In this document: positions 20,028 through 30,242 of the stretch, one piece after another
Layout of the letters: each line of letters begins with the position of its first letter
Numbering within the stretch: the stretch's first letter is position 1
NCBI RefSeq assembly: GCF_964355755.1
Contig: NC_092680.1
Coordinates: 496,001-560,000 of the forward strand
From: Antedon mediterranea
Taxonomy: Eukaryota; Animalia; Echinodermata
Length of the DNA stretch: 64,000 bases
Reading direction: 5' to 3'
Notes under the pieces: generated by a model
What the model saw: the letters and a program-made list of their open reading frames with translations, nothing else
The model's database searches: none
What the model was told of the DNA's origin: nothing
Program-made: the position numbers and the translations under genes

Positions 20028-20844
20028 AATCGTTACATACAATTAAAGATGTATTGTCCCCTTGAAAAAATTATTCTTACAAATTTTTTTTTAATATGCC
20101 ATTTTATTGTCACCTAATAGTTATTAACTTTGACCAAAAATTAGATCGAAAACAAATAGTCAAATTGGTTTTTATTGGTTGAATTTAACCATTTATTTTG
20201 TCATTTTATAAGTAAAAACATTAATTTTTTTCGTTTATTTTTCTACGGAAGTGATTAACTTTATTAAAACTACAAAAGAATATATTCAAAATCTGATTTT
20301 ATTATTCTTTATTTTTTTTGTTTTTGGGGACAATACATTTTTAATTACCGGACCATAACAAATCAGAATTTTCCTATTATATGTCTATGCGCATTATGTT
20401 AGCTTTTAACGTCAACTAAATAATTAATAATGAATAAGCTGCTAAAAGTATTTTTCTAATCTTGCACACATAACAAAAGATAAATAAAATAGTATACAAA
20501 CTTATTAGTTCATTTCCTTTTATTAAAAAATAAAAACTACTTAACATGATCATTTCAGAAACTATATTCTTGCTGAACTAGGATTTTTCTTTTTTTTCTT
20601 TTACTGAATTTTACTGTTCCAAATTTGCTGGATGAATGTGTAACAAATAATAAGGGAAGCACCCCCTCTATATACAGTATACCACTGGTCAAGCCTTTGA
20701 GAGAAATTCTTATTAAATATTTTGTTTGCGATTGTTCAATATAACAATTCTTTGGAGAAAAAGTGTTTAACGTTTATTAACTGAAACATTTTGCAAAGTT
20801 GTGACAGTACATTCTCCATACTGCACTCGGTAGAGCGTCCTCTA

Positions 20845-21005
20845 CTAGTTCTTGTAAGTCAACCGATATCCATACCTCACCACCATCATAACACTAAAAA
20901 AGAAATACAGAGAATAATATCTCATTAGTTACTGTCTATTTTATTTAGAAAGGTAATTGGTTTGGTAATGTCTTTCTTTTATTTCTTTTCTTTCTTCTAT
21001 CTTCT

Positions 21006-21036
<31 letters not shown>

Positions 21037-22974
21037 GTCATGTATATTTCCAATCTGTTCAGTTTGATTAATATAGAAAAAACTATCACTACCACATTTA
21101 AGAATATCACCACCATACTTGGGCACATCACACGTTTTTGTCAAACTAGTTTGATAGTGTAGACAGAGCTTAAAAATGATTGAAGACAGAGCTTTAAGGT
21201 GCAAAAATGGGACATCAGTTCACAACTTCATTAAAAAAAATTGTTAGGCCACTGAACCCCCACCCATCCTCTACCCGAACTATTACAAAATGCTTTACCT
21301 TATTGCAGCTACCAATCCTGCTGGCATAAACTTGCCACTCTTTACAAACCTCATTCCCATAACACCACCTAGAACTGCTGATGTTCCTGTTGCGTGAAAG
21401 AAGGAATGAGATACCATTCAGATTATTATTAAGCGGTAAAAGAATATTGATAACTAATGGATACAGGCATTACATTACAAATTAAAAATAATATACAGAT
21501 AAACAGGTTGGCATTTTTCAATATTTGCTTATAATCCATTATTTATAGTAATATGCAATTGATCGATCTTCACTAAGAAATTTAGAATTCTGTCTTTGCT
21601 TAAGTCAAGATAGTGTGCTTATGTGAAACACTGAGAATCTATTATATCAAATTATTTTTATCTTATGGAATAGACTTTAGGCCATTTTTAAAACTAACTT
21701 GATAAATGACGTATAATGTTATTCATTTCACTGCATTCATTCAAACACTGTAGTGTAATCCAATCAAATAAGATAAAGAAAACGGATTCTTTTGGAAAAA
21801 AAATAAAAAAAATAAAATATAATAATACTACATTTTTTTGAAATTTAATTTTGTATATATTTCAAATAAATGAATTTTGTGACTACTAGCAACTTACCCA
21901 GAATAACATGAACGTTTCTTGGGTTATTTGAGGTAAGAGATGCACCATACCCTGCCAAACTGCCAAATAGTAATCCCATTGCAAGAGACATCGCACTACC
22001 TATTAACATCTATCATTAGTTTTTCTATATTTAAAAGTTATATACAAAAAATGTGCATTTATTCATATTTTAAAAATCATTTTATACTAAAACTATTTTA
22101 TTATATTATTACATTATTTTATCCTGTAATTGGTGTTTGTAGGATGGAAATAAATAAAATTAATAAAATGAAATTAATAATAAATATTTAATGGTTGCTC
22201 TTTCTTTACTAAATACGTCTTTACTGTCACGTCATACAGTACTGTCACGTCATACAGTACTGTCACGTCATACAGTACTGTCACGTCATACAGTACTGTC
22301 ACGTCATACAGTACTGTCACGTCATACAGTACTGTCACGTCCCGGGGTCACGTCATACAGTACTGTCACGTCATACAGTACTGTCACGTCATACAGTACT
22401 GTCACGTCATACAGTACTGTCACGTCATACAGTACTGTCACGTCATACAGTACTGTCACGTCATACAGTACTGTCACGTCATACAGTACTGTCACGTCAT
22501 ACAGTACTGTCACGTCATACAGTACTCACAGTAAAAATGCACTGCATTACAGTAAAATCTAATTTCAGTGTTTCTGGTTGTTGGGTAGAGTTTTATCAGT
22601 AAAATCCTTCAAATTGAAATATTATTTTAAAAAAGAATAATTTCTGAGAATATAGAGCGGCAGTATATTGGCTTATTGCAACTTCACTAGTTTCCAGTAC
22701 CTGTATGCAACATTGCACATGCCGCCTGGTGGGCCGAAACGTCCATGGACCCTGCTTCGCATAGCTAACTATCCCTACAGTAGGCCTACTAACAGTAAAA
22801 AGGATTAGCCAGAGGTATGGCCAGGCCTAGCTACCGTAGCTAGTAGCAGGCCTACCGTCGTCGTTACGTAAAACATTGCAATATTTATATAGTTAAAATA
22901 CCTGCTTTCACATATCCCATAACACCGCCTGCAGCTACAAGAGCAGCATAACCAAAGCCTAAAATATCAGTCAT
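20845..22974 (-). CDS. TMEM14C: Transmembrane protein 14C (TMEM14 family), 4 coding exons, 103 aa
   Basis: Exons 22974-22902, 21999-21898, 21386-21299, 20893-20845 give [44 protein letters not shown]...VMGMRFVKSGKFMPAGLVAAISVMMVVRYGYRLTYKN*, the hallmark TMEM14 motifs. Not in the ORF track because the exons are short. Confidence 0.93.
21052..21173. mobile_element. MITE family A copy
   Basis: Right TIR GTTTGATAGTGTAGACAGAGCTTAA intact. Confidence 0.8.
22222..22526. repeat. 18-bp minisatellite TACTGTCACGTCATACAG, ~17 copies, TMEM14C intron 1
   Basis: Perfect copies interrupted once by CCCGGG at ~22341. Confidence 0.97.
22720..22732 (-). promoter_or_regulatory. CTCF-like site
   Basis: CCACCAGGCGGCA on the minus strand is close to the CTCF core consensus; motif match only. 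Confidence 0.4.
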
Positions 22975-24807
22975 TCTGTTTTCGGAAAGGCAGTGATTCT
23001 AGATATATTTTTTGCAAGAAGTAGCAATAATTTATATCCAGGTACGTCTACCGGAAGTAAAGTACAAGTTCGTATACCGGATGCGCGCGAGGAAGTCGCT
23101 CACTAAATACCATATTCGGTATGAGGGCGCTTATCTTGTAGGGTGCTTATTTTTCAACATTTTTTCAACGTGAAACAGGAAAATAATTGTATTTATGATA
23201 ATAATTGATAATAATAATAATAAATAATATTGATAAATCAATTTAATTGTTAAAACGATTATAGCATGATGGTTTAATAAAGGCCCATGCATATACAAGG
23301 ACGATTACTAGATAAATGCATTTATTTTACTTAGGAAAAAAAAAATTTGACAAGTTTTGATCTTAGAATTTAGGATAACTCTATTTACTGCCTTAGATGA
23401 AAATAATATTTTCATACGTCCAATAATGAAGTCATGATTTGAGAGGAAAATTATAGATTTAGTTTAATGGCTGATTCGTAAAGCAGTTGTGAAGACGCAC
23501 TGAATGCAATTTTAATATGATTGTATAAATGTATTTTTAATGTATTTGGCGGCAATATAAATTATTTAATTAATTTGTCAACACAATACACAATGTTTTG
23601 TGTTTGTGCAAACAATAATGTAATTATTTATAATGTAAATTTGTCTCCTAATTTAGGCCTACTCTCAATTCATAAATGAGTAAAAAACAAAATATGAAAA
23701 CAAATTTTGGTCGAAATCCGTGTGGTGGGAGAGGGGTTAAATCTGATAGATCCATGGTTAAATCCGTCTTAATCAGGGACCCGCCGTAGCTTAATGTTCA
23801 CAAAAGTAGTTATGACAACTTAGCCCAAACAGGATAAGAACAATGTGTGGCATCATGGAACTATATGGTGGCATTAATCATAAGAAGCTACTTAAAGATT
23901 TCACACTCCTCTTTATTTAGAAACGATCCTTTTATTTAGTTTGGTTAACGTTTAAGTAGTCGGTTAAATTTACTGCAACACTGGAGAGTTCTATACCGAT
24001 CTGGTATTTCTAATTATTGTGATTTACTACTGAAATATTTTAATTACTATCTTTGACGGTGTTACGAGTAATTTTGAGAAGTATCTGATCTGAAAAAAGA
24101 TTTTAAACTGAACTTAATAATAAAGAATAATGAATATCGTATACATTCAATAAATAGCCACTATTCGTCTGTAACAATCAAAGGAGACACACCATACAGA
24201 ATTCTTTTATTGTCCAAGAAAATGGAAATGACATTGATCATGGCTGCCAAATACAAATCTTAAATTATGGAGATATTAGTCTTAAATCGTAATCTCTTCT
24301 TAATTATCGAAGTTTGTCTGTTTATCAACAGAATATTGAATAGATAAAACATATAAATATGTCTAACGAAGATTATTAATTTATTTTAGTATGATAAACA
24401 AAATATATGTCGATACGATCATTGTTGTACCAATTATTAATATTATTATTCATCAAGCAAGATATTAAACACGTCATCCTTAACAGGAAAGGGAGATTGC
24501 GGTTCTTATTGTACCTATGGTACCTATTGTTATTATTCACGGTCACAGTATATAAGTACACGTGGAGGGTAAACGTTGGCCACCCTATTTAAGAAGGTGC
24601 GGTAGAGGGTAACAATAGGTCTATAGAATATAAATTCCATACAACAATAGATTACTGATTTATCTACCTTTAGTTATGCTAATTTACCTGACTCTCATGA
24701 ATGATTTCTAGCAACTTATGTGGCGTTATCGTAAGCCATCGTCGCATTCAGCCGGTTGCAGACGTTCAGTTAGTAGTACATTAAAAGCCTACCTACAAGT
24801 ATACAAG

Positions 24808-27800
24808 ATGGCTTCGATAGGATTCAAAGCAGGTTTACTTCTTGTTGTATTGTTAAAGATCTGCTCTGGAAGAAACCTTCTGCAACATGAATGGGATCCC
24901 AAGGGATACGTGATGTACTGTCCGTGTATGGGTAAGTTAATTGTGGGTGATTGTAGCTATATCTGCTAGGTTAGGTTTGCGTACGAGGAATCTTGTAATT
25001 TTCTCGATTCCTCCTGTTGTTATATTGACTCTATTTATGGTGTTGTGGAATCGATTCTACGCTAAATTATTCATAAACAATTACATTCCTTATGTACGTT
25101 TCAATGTAAGAACATTTAAGGAAATTGGTTTTTGGAATTTAGAGAAAATAGTAGTAAGAATAGAGAATGTATTTCTTGAGGCGAACCTTTGCCTTACTCA
25201 GCAAGGTCGTGGAAATTAGGGGAGCAATGCCATTGGCCAAAAGTAAAGTGGCGCGCACCAGTTTCGTTATGGTACATCGTCGTCAAACTGGCATAAGTTC
25301 CGATGTGGCGACAATTGTAGTTATGGTTTTGGTGGCACACTTAAGGTCTGTTTACACTATCAAACTTTATGTGCAAAACAATGTGATGTGCTCATAATAG
25401 ACGTGATGTGCCCATTGTATGGACATGATGATGTCATATCATACCATTACGCATATCACTACCATATTAGGGCACATCACACTTTTTTTGTCAAACTTAT
25501 AGTACTACTTTTATTTATTGAGTTATATATATTTATATTTGTTATCAATGTTATTCATCTGATGATTGAATGTAAATTATAGTATATACAGTGATTAGTA
25601 TTAGTAGTATGTAATGTTTGTATACTTATATGTCACATGTTACATATTGTAATGTTTTAGGGCAATTCTCTGGGCAGACGGAACAGTTCCTGGGAGCACT
25701 ATCATTTGCTAAAGGAATTAACAGAGTTCTTGTTATTCCTAACTATATAAATTATCCATGTGGAAGGAAACGTCACGCCCATCCAGGAGCCATCAGCCTT
25801 CCCGTTTCTCGACAGCACAATGTAAGAATCACATGGTGATGTTAGATTACACTATAGTACCTCCTTTGAACTGTTCTACTTGCCGTCACCAAGCCTTATT
25901 GAATCTGGTCAAATATTTATTTTTCTATAAAACAAATTTTCAACAAAATTATTCATTTGTTTCGTTTCAGGACGCTTTGGTAGCCAAGTAGACCAGTTCT
26001 TAGGAGCATGCCATTTTGCTAAAACAATCGGTCGAGTTCTAGTCATCCCGAAATTCATAGAATACCAGCATGAAAAAGGTCATGATGTACCAAATGTAAG
26101 GCATACAATTAATAATTCAAATATGCTATGATTACTGTATATAAACACAAACATGTTGGTTGTGCTTGATAGTTGTGCCAATTGATTTTCTATTGCTAAA
26201 ACATTGTTTTGAAAACTGTCTATCAATGAAAATTAAGGTAATGTTAGAATTAACAAATAATACCATAGACATTAGTTGTTGTTTAATATATAATATAATC
26301 TCAAATATAACACATAACCTCAAATCACCGTAGTGTTATTATGTTGAATAGCTTCCTTCTAACACGTGTACAGTAGCTAAGTACATTCCAAATTTTCCTT
26401 TGTAAATCCTTTTTATTCATAACAAAAAAAAAGGATTGTTAAAAGGATTGGTTTAAAGCAAGGACGTGTTACAATGCTATTGGTTAGTTAGAATCTGTCA
26501 TGCATCACTACTCCTATTCTTCTGGTAACCATGTTCTTTTTTTTAATGCAGGCATGAATTGGCCTATTGTTATAAAAATAATAACAACTCCTCATCTAAC
26601 AAAACCTATTTAATTAACTGAGTAAACCCCCTAGCTTGTTGATTTTCTGTCTTGAATACTGTACACAGTAACTATATATTAACTACAGTATAATACATTT
26701 TTTCATTTTATTATTTCCATATAATATAAAACAACAATTTTCTAAAAATCACACCCAAATATATTTTATTTTCTAGTACTTAGTGCAAAATTGATGAATA
26801 ATTATCAAGATAGTTTGCAAATAAGAATTTAAAATAATTTGATACTTTTCTTTTAAGATATATAAATCTTTTGATGATTATTTCAATCTTGATAAAGTGA
26901 AGGAATATTATCCTGATGTGATTTTAATGGATGAATTTATGGATGCATTCGGAGATAAAGAATGGTCTGAAGGAAAGCGTTTAGCTTACTGCTCAGAGAA
27001 GGCAGCAGAATTCAATGAAGGCGCTTGTCCAAGAGTAAGTTCCACAAAGTAAATTCAATAAAACATTATTATCACAAACTCCAGGGAAATTCATTTGGTT
27101 CTGGTACAAAGTATTAAATTAATAGATTTGTTTCTTTAGAAGTTTTGATCTTTCAATGAAAAATTAAACACGGGTATCAGGATCAGAATGGTGTTGTTTG
27201 ATCATGGAGCAATCTAATTATTACTCCATGGTTTGATGGAAACTGTTTATAAGTGATGTCATCGCTAATAATTTACTATGAAATGCAATAAAATATAGAC
27301 CAACAGTAAATAAACCCAAGTTATTATTCCAAGTTATTATTCCAAGTTATTATTCCAAGTTATTATTCCAAGTTATTATTCCAAGTTATTATTATTAAGT
27401 TATTATTCTATTTTATTATTATTAAGTTATTATTCTATTTTATTATTATTAAGTTATTATTCTATTTTATAGAAAGGAAACCCATTCTCTGAATTCTGGG
27501 ATCATTTTGACATAAAATTTGATGGTTCAAAGGAATGGTCAGGAGATTTTCACTTCAATGTTGAATATGACCAATGGAGACAGAACTGGGAAGAAGAGTA
27601 AGTATTGTTTGTTCAATACTGGAAAAAATGTCACCATGGCAGTTCTGGTATTTTGAGCTTTCTATCAAATCATGGACATGATGATGTCATATCACTACCA
27701 TATATGGGCACATCACACTTTTTTCATCAAAAATAAGTTTTACTGTAGTATCAAAATCTCTCTCTCTAGTACATGCGTCTACTTCCTCTAAAAAACTCAT

Positions 27801-29290
27801 TTCCTACGAGAACATCTTAAATTCTTGCAGTAGAAATAAAGTCAATCCTCTTTTTTTTAGTTATAAACCTAAAGATCACCCAGTGCTTGCTTTCATGAGT
27901 GCCCCGGCCATCAGTCCCCTAACAGAGGTAGCTGGCAAACTACAAGAGTATCTGGAATGGCAACCAACTATAGTGGAGAAGTGTGACAAGATCATTGAAG
28001 AGAATCTGATAAGACCATATATCGGTATTCATCTTAGGAATGGAGCTGATTGGGTAAGAGGTTTTTTTAAACTTTTAATATTAATAACACAATACCATAC
28101 ACATTTGCAACATAATAGTAGGATAAATTATAATAAGTTGTTAAAAAAAACGAAGTTTAACAAATGTTGTTAAAATTAAATATTTACATACTGTGCAAGA
28201 TTGATTCAGGAATATGTACCTTCCAAACAATAAATATTGCATGGTAATAATATAAATATCACTGTGGAAACATATCCTATGCAGAATTGTTTTTTGGTGT
28301 GAGGCGATTTGTTAAAAGGGCCATAGAAATGATAAAAATAAATAAATAAAAGAAATAAAAAGCATGCCTAATAATCCTCTTTTGTACACATTTTAAGGAG
28401 CTATAATATTTATAATATTTGGACCTTTTCTAAATAAAAACAAATTATAATTTGTGAAGGTTCGCACTTGTCAATTAGCCGAGGAAGGAGAATATCAACA
28501 ACTGATGTCATCCAGACAGTGTACCGGTGTTACACATGACGACACCATCAAAATTGATCACAAAATGTGCATCCAATCAGAGGAGCAAGTGATTAAGGAT
28601 CTTGCACACGTTGTTAGGAAGGAACAACCTAAATCAATATTTGTTGCTACAGATCATGAATCTATGGTTGAAGAACTACAAGAGGCCTTCCCAGAGGTTA
28701 GTAACATGAACTTGTCCTATGCTATTAAGTCTATAGATCTTTAGCCACTTTTCGTTTCATGACTCGTTTATCGATTAAAAAGATCATTCTATGCATGCTC
28801 ATATGTTTCTGGTGCATTGTAAAAAATGAAAGGTCGCTATTCCTGTATCCTATCCTGCGTATTTGCGCAGATCAACAATCTATGGTGTTATATTTCAAAT
28901 AATGTATATATTCTAAAAAAATGTTGATAATTAAGGGAGAATCAATAGAATAATATAGGTTTGGAAAAGAAATAATAATAAACTTTTATAAAGTGCAATT
29001 TACTGAGGTCTTGCAGCGCTAAAAGACCAACAAGGGGAGGTTTTAGAAGTGACTTGTATTCTTGAAAAGAACTGTAATTGAATTTTAATTTTTTCTTTTG
29101 AATATAGATCAAAATATTTCATCTTGATCCAGAGAAACCAGAGCATGATATGTACATCCTTGGCCAGTCTGACCATTTTGTTGGAAACTGCGTCTCAGCT
29201 TTCTCGCACTATGTAAGACGTGAACGTGATGTCTTCAGCAAACCTAATACCTACTTTGGTTGGAAGAGTAATTACCATGATGAGCTTTAG
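24808..29290 (+). CDS. POFUT1: GDP-fucose protein O-fucosyltransferase 1-like (GT65), divergent; 387 aa with exon 2b or 399 aa with exon 2a
   Basis: Exons: 24808-24931, 2a 25661-25821 or 2b 25971-26095, 26858-27034, 27473-27597, 27861-28053, 28460-28696, 29108-29290. Signal peptide, WDPKGYVMYCPCMG, KGNPFSEFWD, YIGIHLRNGADW, FVATD, DMYILGQSDHFVGNCVSAF, C-terminal HDEL ER-retention signal. Whether it is the orthologue or a paralogue is unresolved. Confidence 0.9.
25341..25503. mobile_element. MITE family A copy (POFUT1-like intron 1)
   Basis: TTAAGGTCTGTTTACACTATCAAACTTTATGTG plus core. Confidence 0.8.
25661..25821 (+). CDS. POFUT1-like exon 2a (GQFSGQTEQFLGALSFAKGINRVLVIPNYINYPCGRKRHAHPGAISLPVSRQHN)
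   Basis: TTTTAG acceptor, AAT|GTAAGA donor, 161 nt, phase 1 to 0, no stop. Confidence 0.75.
25971..26095 (+). CDS. POFUT1-like exon 2b (GRFGSQVDQFLGACHFAKTIGRVLVIPKFIEYQHEKGHDVPN)
   Basis: TTTCGTTTCAG acceptor, AAT|GTAAGG donor, 125 nt, phase 1 to 0, no stop. Confidence 0.85.
27316..27470. repeat. 13-bp (CCAAGTTATTATT) repeat grading into ~27-bp units, abutting a POFUT1-like acceptor
   Basis: Visible tandem units ending at TATTTTATAG (27472). Confidence 0.85.
27657..27750. mobile_element. MITE family A, degenerate copy
   Basis: GGACATGATGATGTCATATCACTACCATATATGGGCACATCACAC core. Confidence 0.7.
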
Positions 29291-30242
29291 ATAACTAAAA
29301 CAATCGCAATGTTTTACTGTATTCTCTTAATTATGTACTGTAGTTCATATCAATGTTTCACAATTGGGGGAAATAAATGAATAACGCTTGCAATTATTGT
29401 TCCCAGGAAAATTTATTATTAATTTATTTATTTATTATTTATTTTCAATCTTTCTACATAACAAAAAATATAAAGTATAACAGGGGAGTAGCGGAAAAGT
29501 AATAATACCTTCAATTTTTCGACGATAACATTTTTTTTATAGGGATTTAATTTCATAGAAACGCCTTGAACATGCTATGCATTAATTTGAAATTTATTTT
29601 GTATGTATTTATCACTTTTGTATGGTTAAATAAATAATGTTGACAATAATTAATACGGTTTTATTATTTATTTATAATACAATCACACAAAATGGCTTAC
29701 TTTACAAGGTTGGACAAAATCTTGTGGAAACAACTATATATGGACAGACTATTATGTTAGTGTTCCCCTGTTTAAAAAACCCTGCATCCACAGGAATAAT
29801 AATATCCTTATTAGTGAAACCTCTAAGCGCTGAACATTAACAAGTATGGAACTATACTCCCATAATGCAGCTAGTAAGCAGCGCAGAGTTGTGTCTTGAT
29901 CTAACCGGTACCATGACATTGATTTGGGAAGGCAAGGGTAAAAATGACACACCTGTCTTTTTAAGAATTTAAATTTTCGGCATAATTGTTATTTAAATAA
30001 TGAAACGGAATGTTTTTATCATATTTCATTGACGTAAGGTTCTAATATGAAAGAATGAAATTTAACCATTGGGCTAGCTGACCTTGGGTTGTGTACTTTA
30101 CAAGAATATCTCTACCAAACAGAATTGCAACTGAATTTACTTTGCATTTATTGCAACTATTACATTTATTATAAACATGACAGTATTACCCTCAATCAAT
30201 GTTGATACAAATATTTAAACACAAGTTATGAAATGATTAAAC

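Noticed and set aside
21006-21037. Poly-T/poly-G run giving poly-Pro and poly-Gly ORFs
   Set aside because: Homopolymer tracts in a TMEM14C intron; not coding.
22191-22562. SRHTVL/VTSYST repeat ORFs
   Set aside because: Translation of the 18-bp minisatellite.
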